A stretch of 44,489 nucleotides of DNA, from contig SBAX01000414.1 in assembly GCA_005240095.1 (NCBI GenBank), positions 1 to 44,489 of the forward strand, given 5' to 3'. The translations under genes and the position numbers were made by a program. Shown in pieces: positions 26,680 through 39,633 of this stretch (position 1 is its first letter; every line of letters begins with the position of its first letter). This DNA comes from Phycisphaera mikurensis. Lineage in GTDB: Bacteria > Planctomycetota > Phycisphaerae > UBA1845. Below the pieces are notes generated by a model, which had not been told where the DNA came from, did not search any database, and saw nothing but the letters and a program-made list of their open reading frames with translations.

Positions 26680-28505
26680 CGCAAACGCATGCGTTACAGA
26701 CTCGCCTTTGGCTTTCGTTCTGGCGGTTGCTCCCGGCCAACCCGATCCTCGTGCGCGTGGTTTCAGGGGCTTCGCGGCGGGTGAGGCATTTGTGGTTGCG
26801 GGTGGGATATCTGGGGGCGCTGCTCCTCGTCGTCCTCTTTTCGCTCGTGCAATCGGTCAGTGGAAAGGACGCCTCTCTGACGGATTTGGCCAAGGCGGCA
26901 TCACAGACCTTCATGTGGGCGTCCACGGCGCAACTGCTGCTGATGTGCTTCCTGGCGCCGGTGTTCACGGCTTCGGCGATTACCCAGGAGCGGGATGCGC
27001 AGACGTTTAATATTCTGGTCTCCACACCGCTGTCGAATGCTCAGATCGTGCTTGGCTCGCTGCTCAGTCGGCTGTATTTCGTGATCGTTCTTCTGTTGTC
27101 GGGACTGCCGATTTTCCTGATGACCATGGTGTACGGGGGAGTGACCTCGCGGCAGATTCTGGAGAGTTTTGCACTCTGTGCGGCCACCGCCGTGCTCACC
27201 GGGGCGTTGGCCATCTTCATTGCCATGGTCGGCGTGGGCACGCGGCGGACCATTTTCTCCTTCTACCTGGTGATCGCGCTCTATCTGTTGGCGGGCTATC
27301 TGCTCGCGCAGTGGCCGCGCACCTGGGTGGATGCTTCGCCCGCGACGGTGCAGTCGGTGAAGATGAGCTGGCTTACCCCCTTGCATCCCTTTCTGTCTCT
27401 GGAGGTGGCGATGAATCGCGTTCACGCTCCGCCCATCGGGCGCCTGGGCGAGTACGGCGGCGTCGCCCGCTACGCGCTGGCCTACCCCTCGGGCATGTAC
27501 GTGGCGTGGACGTTTTCCACGGCGGTGATCCTCGTGCTGGGCAGTCTGTTCTTTGTGCGGCGGGGATCCAAGGTCGGAGAGCCAACCAGGCTTCGCGTGT
27601 GGTTCGACCATACTTTCCGGCGCTCGCGGGGGGAGCGACGGCGGACGCCGCGCACGGTATGGGCCAATCCCGTCGCGTGGCGTGAGGCTTCTACGCGGGC
27701 GGCGTCGGGCGGATTGATTCGCTGGACGATCATTGTGGGCGGGATCGTCGCATCTCTGGTGGTTTTCGTGGGATACCTTCGCGGCGATTTCACCCCCGCC
27801 GACGTCCCGGCGTTTCTGGCGGCGATCACGGCCGTTCAGGTCGCCATCGCACTGATCATCGCCGCCAACACCGCGGCGACGTCGATGACCAAGGAGAAAG
27901 AGTCCAAAACCATGGAGCTGCTTCTGACGACGCCGGTCACGCCCAAATACATTCTGTGGGGCAAGCTTCGCGGTTTGGTCAGCTTCGCGGCGCCGCTGCT
28001 GGCCGGTCCGGTGGTTGTGCTGCTGACCTTCGCGGCGGCGAGCTTCCTGCGACGCGAGGCCCGGCCGGTGGTGTGGTTCGAGGTGGCTGTGGAACTCGCC
28101 GCTTTGCTGATCGTGTTCACGGCCGTCGCCTGCGTGATTGGATTGAAGTTTTCACTGACCAGCCGCACGAACATGACTGCGGTCATGACCAGCGTAGGGG
28201 TGTTGATCCTGGGTGGTGGGGCGATTTCGCTGATTGTGTACTACCTGGTGGACGCCTCGGGCGATGCGGGGTTCGGAGCGTTCATGGCTCCGTTTGCGCC
28301 CTATACTGCTATTACCTATATGATCGATCCGGGGCAGCTATTTAGCTCCCCATCGGAGTTCGCGGCCGGTGCTGTTGTGGCGCGCACTGCGCTGCTGCTC
28401 GGGAGCATTGTGGCCGTGTGCGGGTATGCCTTCGTCGTGTGGCGCTGGTATGCCGGCCTGGTCCGGGACTTCGACCGCACCATGCGCAAGCAGTCCCTCG
28501 CATGA
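26676..28505 (+). CDS. ABC-2 permease with two tandem permease modules
   Basis: GTGA overlap with the ATPase stop; duplicated motifs 'NPILVR..ITQERDAQTFNILVSTPLS' and 'NPVAWRE..MTKEKESKTMELLLTTPVT'; many TM helices. Confidence 0.88.
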   Translation: MTQTHALQTRLWLSFWRLLPANPILVRVVSGASRRVRHLWLRVGYLGALLLVVLFSLVQSVSGKDASLTDLAKAASQTFMWASTAQLLLMCFLAPVFTASAITQERDAQTFNILVSTPLSNAQIVLGSLLSRLYFVIVLLLSGLPIFLMTMVYGGVTSRQILESFALCAATAVLTGALAIFIAMVGVGTRRTIFSFYLVIALYLLAGYLLAQWPRTWVDASPATVQSVKMSWLTPLHPFLSLEVAMNRVHAPPIGRLGEYGGVARYALAYPSGMYVAWTFSTAVILVLGSLFFVRRGSKVGEPTRLRVWFDHTFRRSRGERRRTPRTVWANPVAWREASTRAASGGLIRWTIIVGGIVASLVVFVGYLRGDFTPADVPAFLAAITAVQVAIALIIAANTAATSMTKEKESKTMELLLTTPVTPKYILWGKLRGLVSFAAPLLAGPVVVLLTFAAASFLRREARPVVWFEVAVELAALLIVFTAVACVIGLKFSLTSRTNMTAVMTSVGVLILGGGAISLIVYYLVDASGDAGFGAFMAPFAPYTAITYMIDPGQLFSSPSEFAAGAVVARTALLLGSIVAVCGYAFVVWRWYAGLVRDFDRTMRKQSLA

Positions 28506-28538
28506 GTCCGGCGAGCGTGGGATAGCAGGGGAGCGATT

Positions 28539-29600
28539 ATGGACGCCCTGGACGAACTGCGCCTGCGGGTTCGAACGATTGATGACCAGATTCTCCGCCT
28601 GGTCCGCGAGCGGATGGATGTCGCCCAGCAGATCGGCCGGACGAAAAAGTCGCAGGGCGTTCCCCTGCGGGACTGGCAGGTGGAGCGTGCGGTCCTGGAT
28701 CACGCGGAGCACACGGCCGGCGAGATTGGGTTGCCGCCTTCGCTGGCCCGCAACATCCTGCAGCTTCTGCTGGAGCAGTCTCGCGCTCGGCAGGAGCGCG
28801 ACGCGTACTCCCAGTACGCGGGCTCCGCGGAAAACATTCTGATCATCGGCGGTCGCGGCAAGATGGGAAGGTGGTGCGCGGATTTCTTTCAGAACCAGGG
28901 TCACCAAGTCTCTATCTATGACATCGACGATCCGCGACCTATCGAAAAAGCGCTTTCCGGCACATCCATGGCCGTGGTGGCCGTGCCCCTGGACGCGACT
29001 CCGGCGATGATCGACCGCCTCACCGCCGCGCAGTATCCGGGGGTGGCCTTCGACATCGCCAGTCTCAAGTCCCATCTCAGGCCGTCGATTGACCGGACCC
29101 GCCAGGCCGGCGTGGCTTTCACCAGCATCCATCCCATGTTTGGACCCGCCACACAGATCCTCTCTGACCAGGTGATCTGCATCTGCGATTGTGGACACAG
29201 AGAAGCCACGCAACGGGTGCGCGGACTGTTCGCGGACACTGCGGCCAGTCTTGTCGATCTGTCACTGGAAGAGCACGACCGGATCGCTTCATACGTCCTG
29301 GGCCTGTCGCATTTGCTCAGTGTCCTGTTTACGCGGGTTCTGATGCATGCGGGCCGCCTGGGGCAGCTTAACCGCGTGGGCAGCACGACGTTCCACGCCC
29401 AACTGGCCACCAGCGGGCGAGTGATGCATGAAAACCCTGCATTGTATTACGGAATCCAACACCTCAATGCCTATACGCCCCAGCTCTACGCTCACATTCT
29501 TGAGGAATGGAAGCGTCTCACAGACGCCGTGTCGGACGCGGATATGCAATCGTTCGTCAGACTGATGGAAGAGGGCAGACGCTGGCTCGATGCAGGGTAA
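28539..29600 (+). CDS. tyrA: Bifunctional chorismate mutase / prephenate dehydrogenase
   Basis: AroQ N-terminus (LDELRLRVRTIDDQILRLVRER), IIGGRGKMG Rossmann motif, DIASLKS, IHPMFGP, EEHDR..LGLSH. Confidence 0.9.
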   Translation: MDALDELRLRVRTIDDQILRLVRERMDVAQQIGRTKKSQGVPLRDWQVERAVLDHAEHTAGEIGLPPSLARNILQLLLEQSRARQERDAYSQYAGSAENILIIGGRGKMGRWCADFFQNQGHQVSIYDIDDPRPIEKALSGTSMAVVAVPLDATPAMIDRLTAAQYPGVAFDIASLKSHLRPSIDRTRQAGVAFTSIHPMFGPATQILSDQVICICDCGHREATQRVRGLFADTAASLVDLSLEEHDRIASYVLGLSHLLSVLFTRVLMHAGRLGQLNRVGSTTFHAQLATSGRVMHENPALYYGIQHLNAYTPQLYAHILEEWKRLTDAVSDADMQSFVRLMEEGRRWLDAG

Positions 29601-29613
29601 TTTCGGATCGCCC

Positions 29614-30780
29614 TCAGACGCGGCGCATGACTAGTACGGATTCGCGCGGTGAGATGTGGCCGATCCGCCCGAACTTGCGGCGCGCGGGAATCAGTTCTCG
29701 CGCCACGCGCACAAGCTCTACGACAAACCCCGTGCCTTCGGCGAGCTCGGCGATTATCAGGTCCGCCGGCACGTAGACATCTTTAAGGCGTGCCCCACCT
29801 ACGACCATCCAGCAGGGACTGCCGATCCTCAATACGCGGTGCAGTTCCGCGAGTACGGTTTGCATGTCCGCGGCGTAGGCGCCAATGACCCGAGCGGTGG
29901 GCGCGTGCCCGCTGCGAATCAGACATTCACAGGCCTCCTGGATCGCAGCGTGGGATACCTCCGCGCGTCTGTGGCGACTCGTGGTCGAGCTGCTCGCCTG
30001 AAGTTGTCCACCGTGCTCGGGAAGTCTCGGCCCGTACCAATGGCGATAGAGCTCCTCATAAGGGGCGGTCGCCTCCCGATAGTCGTAGCGGGAGAGGTAT
30101 GGCGGCGAGGTCAGGATTCCCGCGATGGATGCATCGTCGATCATGTCCATCTTCCGGGCGTCGCCGGGCAGGGCCAATCCTGCCACGGACAGGGGCTGAC
30201 TCTGGTCTTCGCGGATCATCGCGGCGACGTCGCCCAGCAGTTTCCCCAACGGCGCTCCGCCGTGATGGAGTTGGCCGCCGGCGGTGTGCTGACGGGCTAC
30301 GGCGAGCATGAGGGCGGCGCGATGAATGGGAGCGACGAGCTGGTCAGCCACCTGTGCCCAATGGTTGAAGTCGCCGAGGGAGGGCAATGACGGAAACTCT
30401 CGCACCCATTTCATCGCCGTGAGGAACGCCAGCGCGGGAACGGCATCCAGGGCAACGGCGCGTATACTGTTGCGGGCGCATTCCACGGCCGTGGTGCCCG
30501 CGCCAGAGAATGGATCGAGTATCACAGTTTTTCGCGAGCGTGTCGCGCCCGACTCACGCAGGAAAACGCGGACCAGTGCGGGCGCAAAGCCCTGGCGATA
30601 CCTGATCCAGCGGTGGAACGGCTCGCGCTGCGCCGCCCCGGCGGTGACCGTGGTGGCCAGGCGAGGTTCTTCGACAAGGCGCTCGCGCCAGCGGCGTTCG
30701 AGGTCTTCGCGCGCCGCGGTCGGCTCGCGGGTGGCCGCGATCTGTTCCGCTTTTCGCCCGCGTCGTCCGGTTCCGCCCAT
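29614..30780 (-). CDS. Amino-DNA methyltransferase (probably m4C), orphan
   Basis: HRWIRYRQGFA, motif I ILDPFSGAGTT, motif IV ILTSPPY, LHRVLRIG; start uncertain. Confidence 0.85.
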   Translation of the reverse strand: MGGTGRRGRKAEQIAATREPTAAREDLERRWRERLVEEPRLATTVTAGAAQREPFHRWIRYRQGFAPALVRVFLRESGATRSRKTVILDPFSGAGTTAVECARNSIRAVALDAVPALAFLTAMKWVREFPSLPSLGDFNHWAQVADQLVAPIHRAALMLAVARQHTAGGQLHHGGAPLGKLLGDVAAMIREDQSQPLSVAGLALPGDARKMDMIDDASIAGILTSPPYLSRYDYREATAPYEELYRHWYGPRLPEHGGQLQASSSTTSRHRRAEVSHAAIQEACECLIRSGHAPTARVIGAYAADMQTVLAELHRVLRIGSPCWMVVGGARLKDVYVPADLIIAELAEGTGFVVELVRVARELIPARRKFGRIGHISPRESVLVMRRV

Positions 30781-30871
30781 GCGCAAAAGCTCGCCGACCT
30801 CGACTTTTCGAGGCCCGCTGCGATAATAGCACAACATGTTCGAGCGGACCTGGGGGGCGCTGGCTACGCCC

Positions 30872-32128
30872 ATGGAAAACCACACCGATGACGTTCGTCG
30901 CATGGTGTCCATGCTGCGGGAAATCAGTCGCCAGACCGATCCGCAGGCGATCATTCCGCTCTATCGCCAAGAGACCTTCCGGCTGTACGGCGGTGACGGC
31001 TCACTCTCGCTGAGCCGCCGAGGCCTCGACGAGCCGATGTTCCGCATCACCCGCAGTACGCAGTGGGCCGAGGATATCGACCCGTGGAAGGAGCCGCACC
31101 GGCTGCCGCTGCTGCGCGGCGGGGTCCTGGCCGAGGTGCTCTACGGCGACGAACCGCGGGTGCTGAGCGACCTGCACCTGTCGTCTTCCGACCCGGCGTG
31201 CGAACACATGCCCCAGGCACGGTCCCTCATGTGCCTGCCGCTGTACGACGGTGGAGTGGCGCTGAATATGGTGGCGCGATGGTCGGCCGAGCCGCGGGGC
31301 TTTGACGGGGTGCGGCTTGCGGACGCCATGCTGACGTCGAACCTGTTCGGAAGGGCGACCAACAATCTGTTGGTGGCGCAGCGTCTGCAGGTGGCCTACG
31401 TGCAACTGGATCATGAGACCAAGCGGGTGGCCGCCCTGCAGCGCTCGCTGCTTCCTCGCCGCCTGCCGGCTATCCCTTCGCTCGACATCGCCGCCTCGTA
31501 CCAGACGGCCGCGCGGGCCGGCGGGGACTACTATGACTTTTTCCCTTTAGGCGGCGATCGCTGGGGAGTGCTGATCGCCGACGTAAGCGGGCATGGCGTG
31601 GCGGCGGCGGTGCTCATGGCCATTGTGCGGACCCTCCTGCACGCTCGTCGCGAGGAATGCGTGACGCCATCGCAGACCCTGGCCCTGATCAACGATCACC
31701 TTTCGAGCTGGTCCGACGGGATGTTCGTGACCGCGTTTTACGGCGTCTACGATCCGCGCGAGAAGTCAGTGGTCTATTCCTCGGCCGGGCATCCACCGCC
31801 GCTGCTCGTGGATCGGCACGTTCACGTGTGCGAACTGGACGGGGCGCAGACCTTACCGTTGGGCGTCGATCCGGCGTCTAACTTCCCTGAGGCCGGCGTG
31901 CGCTTGGCGCAGGGCGATACTCTCCTGCTGTATACCGACGGGATCATCGATGCGGTCAACACCGCCGGGGAAATGTACGGGCGGGACCGCCTGCTCAGTT
32001 GCGTCCACGAGAACGTGCCCAACGCCCAGCACATCATCGACTGCGTGACCCACAAGCTGCTGGCCTTCACTCAGGGCGGCGCCCAGCAGGATGATCAGAC
32101 GCTCGTGGCCATGCGAGTGCGCTCGTAA
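30872..32128 (+). CDS. PP2C/SpoIIE (RsbU-like) serine phosphatase with GAF-like N-terminus
   Basis: LQRSLLP, GGDYYD, IADVSGHG, AGHPPP, LYTDG, DDQT motifs. Confidence 0.93.
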   Translation: MENHTDDVRRMVSMLREISRQTDPQAIIPLYRQETFRLYGGDGSLSLSRRGLDEPMFRITRSTQWAEDIDPWKEPHRLPLLRGGVLAEVLYGDEPRVLSDLHLSSSDPACEHMPQARSLMCLPLYDGGVALNMVARWSAEPRGFDGVRLADAMLTSNLFGRATNNLLVAQRLQVAYVQLDHETKRVAALQRSLLPRRLPAIPSLDIAASYQTAARAGGDYYDFFPLGGDRWGVLIADVSGHGVAAAVLMAIVRTLLHARREECVTPSQTLALINDHLSSWSDGMFVTAFYGVYDPREKSVVYSSAGHPPPLLVDRHVHVCELDGAQTLPLGVDPASNFPEAGVRLAQGDTLLLYTDGIIDAVNTAGEMYGRDRLLSCVHENVPNAQHIIDCVTHKLLAFTQGGAQQDDQTLVAMRVRS

Positions 32129-32135
32129 ACGCCGG

Positions 32136-33089
32136 TCACTTGACGCGCAACAGCACTTTCACAGTTTCGGGCCGCCGAACGGCGTCGAAGGCGGCGAGGG
32201 CCTGCTCAAGCGGAAAGACGCGGGAGATCATCGAGCGGACCTCGACGGCCCCCCGAGCCAGGGCGTTGATCGCCTCTTCGAAGGGTCCGCAGCGGCTGCC
32301 GAGAATGTGGACCTCATTCACCACCGCAGGGGCCAGGTTCGGCGGCGCTCGTTTGGCGTAGGTGCTCTTGAGGACGATGGTTCCGCGGGGCCGGACCAGG
32401 CGCATGGCCAGTTCGAGCCCGCCCGGCGAACCGGTGCAGTCCACGACAAGGTCACGATCGGCGCGGGCGACGACTTCGTCCACGTGAATCGTCTGTATCC
32501 CCCGCTTTTCGCAGAGAAGCAGCTTGGCGGCGTTGCGGCCGATCACGGTGAGCTTGCAGCCTTTCTCCGCGAGGACCTGGGCAACTAGATTCCCCAGCCG
32601 CCCCGCGCCCACCACGGTCACGTTCATGCGCGGATCAACGGGGCACTGGGCGACAACCTGATAGGCCGCGGCCAAAGGCTCCACGAAGACGGCCTCCTCG
32701 TCGGAGAGCGCGTCGGGCACGGCGTGCAGGTTGGCCTCCGGCACCGCCACGAAGTCCGCGAAACAGCCGTCCCGCCCGGAGATGCCCATGACAGTCCGTT
32801 TTCGGCAGTGATTGGAGAGTCCCGAATGACACATGTCGCACTGGCGGCAGACGCAGTTGATCTCCACGACGACCCGGCGTCCTTTCCAGCGCGACAACCC
32901 CGTGAGCACCGTGCCGACCATTTCGTGGCCCAGCACGCCGCGGAAGTTCATGTAGCCGTCGAGAATGTGCAGGTCAGTGGCGCAGATGCCCGTCAGGTGC
33001 ACGCCGATCAGGCACTCGCCGTCGGCAACGCGCGGGTCGGCGTGGCGGGGATCGAACGCCAGCGAACCGTTGTAGATGACCGCCCTCAC
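32136..33089 (-). CDS. Zinc-dependent alcohol dehydrogenase (MDR family)
   Basis: GTG start overlapping the upstream TGA; GICATD, GHE, CVCRQCDMC..C, VEPLAA, GAGRLG. Confidence 0.93.
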   Translation of the reverse strand: MRAVIYNGSLAFDPRHADPRVADGECLIGVHLTGICATDLHILDGYMNFRGVLGHEMVGTVLTGLSRWKGRRVVVEINCVCRQCDMCHSGLSNHCRKRTVMGISGRDGCFADFVAVPEANLHAVPDALSDEEAVFVEPLAAAYQVVAQCPVDPRMNVTVVGAGRLGNLVAQVLAEKGCKLTVIGRNAAKLLLCEKRGIQTIHVDEVVARADRDLVVDCTGSPGGLELAMRLVRPRGTIVLKSTYAKRAPPNLAPAVVNEVHILGSRCGPFEEAINALARGAVEVRSMISRVFPLEQALAAFDAVRRPETVKVLLRVK

Positions 33090-33610
33090 GGCGCGATTCT
33101 GGCGGCAGTCTGCCGGGCACGCAACTCCTCGAAGCGACGCAGGGTCATCCAGCGGACTTCGAAGCGCCCCTCGTGAAAGAGCAGCACGGCGCGCCCGTCG
33201 CGGCGGAGCACCTGGAGAACTGGCGCGGTCCAGGCGGCGATGATGGGTTGCGTCGTACCGCGCAGGTTCATGGCGGCATCGTGCGGGAGCGATTCCAGCC
33301 GGATCATCTGGGCGGCGCCCTCCGGCGGAGTTTCCGGAGCAAGATTCAAGGGCAAGGCCTTGCCTTCGCCCACGCGAGCCTGGAAGACGCCGGCATGCCA
33401 CTTCGCCTGGGCCACCGCGTTGCGCTGGCGGCGAAGATCGCCCAGGCCCAGGATGAAGGCTACGAGCCCCAGCGTCGCGATGACCAGATACGCCGCCGAT
33501 CGCAGCGCCGGCTTGGAGGATCGCTTTGCGGTCAGTATGGGCTGGGGTGTGGGCACGGCGGGTGCAGATGGCGAGAAGTCACGCCCCCCGGCCGAGGGCG
33601 GGCTGCTCAT
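33086..33610 (-). CDS. Hypothetical single-TM protein
   Basis: 174 aa; 4-nt overlaps with both neighbours; TM segment AAYLVIATLGLVAFILGL. Confidence 0.75.
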   Translation of the reverse strand: MSSPPSAGGRDFSPSAPAVPTPQPILTAKRSSKPALRSAAYLVIATLGLVAFILGLGDLRRQRNAVAQAKWHAGVFQARVGEGKALPLNLAPETPPEGAAQMIRLESLPHDAAMNLRGTTQPIIAAWTAPVLQVLRRDGRAVLLFHEGRFEVRWMTLRRFEELRARQTAARIAP

Positions 33611-34095
33611 TCATCGTCCTCAGGGTTGATCGACGTCTGGTCCGCGCTGGAGGCCAGGGCCTCGAGGGCGGAGATGGGATCAACCTCTTCGTCGGACATA
33701 TAGACATTCTTGGAGGTCCCGACCCTGGCCGCGCCCTTTGCTGCCCCGGCCGCAGAAACCTTGGAGCGGATCTTGATGATCTCGTCATCCGGTGGCTCCC
33801 CGTCGATCTGCACGGTGAACACCACGGGCCCGATGACGATCTGATCGCCGGGTTCCAGCTCTTCCTCGGTAATCCTGCGGTTGTTAAGGAACGTGCCGTT
33901 GGCGGCGCCCAAGTCACGCAGGATGACCCCGTCGTGATCGGCAAAGACTTCGGCATGGCGTCGGGAGACCATGGCCAGCGGGATGCGGATGGTGCAGTCG
34001 TCCTTGCGGCCGATGGTCGTGGCTCCGGGCTGGAGCATGAACTCCCGCCGGCTGCCGTCCTCGCGGAACATGATCAGTTTCAGGGATTGCGGCAT
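33607..34095 (-). CDS. FHA domain protein
   Basis: TIGR..C.IRI..VSRRHAE..RDLGAANGTFLN..L.PGD.I.IG; acidic tail. Confidence 0.92.
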   Translation of the reverse strand: MPQSLKLIMFREDGSRREFMLQPGATTIGRKDDCTIRIPLAMVSRRHAEVFADHDGVILRDLGAANGTFLNNRRITEEELEPGDQIVIGPVVFTVQIDGEPPDDEIIKIRSKVSAAGAAKGAARVGTSKNVYMSDEEVDPISALEALASSADQTSINPEDDE

Positions 34096-34333
34096 ATACT
34101 CGAACCGAACGCCTGGGCGTTGCGGATCGCGGGCCACCTCGCGGATGGGTCCTCCCGACGACCGACTTACCGTCAGGTCGTTAGAACTATACCCGAAGCG
34201 CAGGAAGCCTTCAAATCCCCCCAAGGGGCGTCTCGCCGGGGGAGCCGGCCTCCGCCACGTCGCCTCAAACCGGTCACTCCCCCATCCGCCGCCACGGCTG
34301 AAAGATGGGGCGAATGCGGCGGAGTTTATCCGC

Positions 34334-37140
<2,807 letters not shown>

Positions 37141-37144
<4 letters not shown>

Positions 37145-37935
37145 ACGATTGACTCCTCCTGGCGGGCGTACGTTTTTCGCGTGCCTCCGAAGCCGTGTCC
37201 GGAGGCGAGGGGGCCATGATACGGCCACTCGCCGGCCGTCGCTATGGTCTGACATGTTCGGACAAACAGCGGGTGGACGGGAGGTGGTATCGCGCCCGTG
37301 TCGGGAGGCCGAGGCTCCTGCCGAGCCGCGCCTCGCGGCTTCAGCTTTCCGGTTCCGGCGGGCGCCGGGCCAGGGGCGGCCTGGAACGCACGTGATGCTT
37401 GGATCTCGGGCAGCGGTACCGGCGGGGCCGGCGGATCGGGTCCGGCCTGAAGCGGCAAGTCCCACCAGGCTACGTCATGCCAGGCGCCCAGTTTGAAGCC
37501 CACGCGATGAAACACGCCGACTTTGCGGAACCCCACGCGCTCGTGGAGGCGAACGCTGGTGGGATTGGGCAGGGTGATCCCCGCCACGGCCGTGCGGTGG
37601 CCTTGCACACGCAGGCAGGCGAACAGCGATTCGTACAGCGCTCGCCCGATCCCCCGCCCGCGGGCGGTCTCGGCCACGTAGACGGAGACCTCCACCGTCC
37701 ACTGGTAGGCCGGTCGTGTTCGGAACACCCCTGCGTAGGCATATCCCAACACGTGCCCGCCGGAGTCATAGACGAGCCACGGCAGCGTCTTGAGCGTCCC
37801 CTCGATCCGCCGCCACATCTCCTCCACGGTCGGCGGCTCCAGCTCAAAGGAGGTATGCGAATGCGTCACAATTGGCGCGTAGATCGATTGTATCGCGGGA
37901 GCATCGTCGAGAGTCGCCAGGCGGATCCGGTCCAT
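37141..37935 (-). CDS. GNAT N-acetyltransferase (phosphinothricin acetyltransferase-like) with C-terminal extension
   Basis: SFELEPPT, GYAYA..R.RPAY.WTVEVSVYV..RGRGIG..LY, PNPTSVRLHERVGF..VGFKLGAWHDV; the last ~70-80 aa are non-domain sequence. Confidence 0.88.
37303..37328 (-). repeat. REP-like family A copy, inside the GNAT ORF tail
   Basis: GGGAGGCCGAGGCTCCTGCCGAGCCG; translated as ARQEPRPP. Confidence 0.85.
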
Positions 37936-37983
37936 CTCGTCTCATAGTGTAATCGAATCCAAGGCCGGAAGCGTCGAGCGCGA

Positions 37984-39633
37984 CTAATTGCCCTCGGGGG
38001 TTTGGCGCAGGGCGGTGCGGAGTTCTTCGATGCCCAGGACGAAGGAGGCAAGAAGGTAGCTGCCGATTCCGGCGGCAACTAGAAAGAGCAGTCGCAGAGC
38101 TACGCCAAACGGCGCGGTCAGCCAGGCGAAGATCAGCAGCGCCGCGGTCATGGCGGCGGTAGCGAGCAGGATGCGCCAGATGCTTTGCAGCAGGCGTAGC
38201 CAGCCGACCTGCGGCATGCGGCCATGCAGCCGAGTGATGAGCCACATCACCTGCACCGTGGCACAGATGGCCGTGGCCAGGGCCAGCCCGCGCTCCTCCA
38301 TCACGAACACAAGCACCAGGTTGAGCGCCAGATCGAGACCCACCATCATGAGCGCCGCCCGCGCCGGCGTAGCGCTGTCCTGAAGCGCATAGAACGCCCG
38401 CACCACGATGTGCTGGGCAAAGTAGGCCGGAATGCCGAGGCTGTAGAAGACGAGCGTAGCGGACACACGGGCGGTGTCGGAGGCATCGAACTCCCCGCGC
38501 TGATAGAGCGTGGCCACCAGCGGCTGGGCCACGAAGATGAGTCCCACGGCCGCGGGCAGCGCAATGAAAAGAGTCATACGTATGCCGCGCTCGAAAACGC
38601 CGGCGAAGCCCCCGTGGTCGTTCTGGGCGACTTTGGTGGAGAGCTCCGGAAAAATCGCCGTGGCCAGCGAAATCCCCGCCACACCCAGCGGAAGCTGATA
38701 GAGAAACTGGGCATAGCCCAGCACCGCCGGCCCGACGCGCTCGCCGTTTTCGGTTACAAAGAGGTATGCAATGATGGTGTCCACCATCGTGTTGATCTGC
38801 ACGGCCGAGAGGCCCAAAGCCATCGGCCCCATCAGGGCGAAGACGCGGCGAAGCAGCGGATCGTTCCAGGCCATCCCCAGTTTGGGGAAGAAGCCGACAC
38901 GCTTGAGCGCCCCGGCCGTAAGTAATACCTGCAGCAGCCCAGCTACCAATACGCTCGCGCACACCAGGTTCATGAGCCACACGTCGTCACCCGCCGTTCC
39001 CCCTCCCCCCCCGGGAGAGGGTCGGGGTGAGGGCTCGGCGTGTGCCAGCGATTCCTGAGCGGCAACGGGTGCCACGGACAAGCTCTGCTTGTCCGTGCCT
39101 CTGTCCATCATCAGTGACCCGCCCAGCAGCGCCACGATCATGGCCACGTTGAGAATGGTCGGAGCTGCCGCGGGCACGGCGAAGTGCCGGCGCACGTTGA
39201 GCACGCCGCTGGCCACCGCCGCGGTGCAGATCAGGGCCATGTATGGCATGAGAAAGGCGGTCAGGCGCAGGGCATGGTCGTCATCGATCCACCGCCACAC
39301 CGCCAGCACCAGCTCGATCGCCACTACCGCCCCGGTGAGGATCAGAGCCAATAGCGACAGCAGACTGCCCACCAGCCGTCGCGACTCTTCCTCTCCGCGT
39401 GTCTGGAGGCTCTCGGTCAGGACCGGAATCATGGCCGAGGACAGCGCCCCCTCTCCGAACAGCCGTCGGGCGAGATTGGGGGCCTGGAAGGCGATGCGGA
39501 AGCCGGACAGCAGTTCGCCAGTGGCGAAGAAGTAGCTGAACATCGTCTCGCGGACCAGGCCAAGCAGGCGCGACACGAGGGTCAGTCCCCCGATGAGCCC
39601 GGCAGAAAGGATGAAACGCGTGGACGATGCCAT
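37984..39633 (-). CDS. murJ: Lipid II flippase MurJ (MviN)
   Basis: TLVSRLLGLVRE, PNLARRLFGEGALSSAMIPV, YQLPLGVAG, LYQRGEF, RAFYALQD; carries an unusual hydrophilic insertion. Confidence 0.95.
   Translation of the reverse strand: MASSTRFILSAGLIGGLTLVSRLLGLVRETMFSYFFATGELLSGFRIAFQAPNLARRLFGEGALSSAMIPVLTESLQTRGEEESRRLVGSLLSLLALILTGAVVAIELVLAVWRWIDDDHALRLTAFLMPYMALICTAAVASGVLNVRRHFAVPAAAPTILNVAMIVALLGGSLMMDRGTDKQSLSVAPVAAQESLAHAEPSPRPSPGGGGGTAGDDVWLMNLVCASVLVAGLLQVLLTAGALKRVGFFPKLGMAWNDPLLRRVFALMGPMALGLSAVQINTMVDTIIAYLFVTENGERVGPAVLGYAQFLYQLPLGVAGISLATAIFPELSTKVAQNDHGGFAGVFERGIRMTLFIALPAAVGLIFVAQPLVATLYQRGEFDASDTARVSATLVFYSLGIPAYFAQHIVVRAFYALQDSATPARAALMMVGLDLALNLVLVFVMEERGLALATAICATVQVMWLITRLHGRMPQVGWLRLLQSIWRILLATAAMTAALLIFAWLTAPFGVALRLLFLVAAGIGSYLLASFVLGIEELRTALRQTPEGN
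38995..39033 (-). repeat. REP-like family B copy in-frame inside murJ
   Basis: Minus strand CCCTCACCCCGACCCTCTCCCGGGGGGGGAGGGGGAACG, encoding PSPRPSPGGGGGT. Confidence 0.8.
39068..39097 (+). repeat. Perfect 11-bp palindrome (REP-like) in-frame inside murJ
   Basis: GGTGC-CACGGACAAGC-TCT-GCTTGTCCGTG; encodes TDKQSLSVA on the minus strand. Confidence 0.7.
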
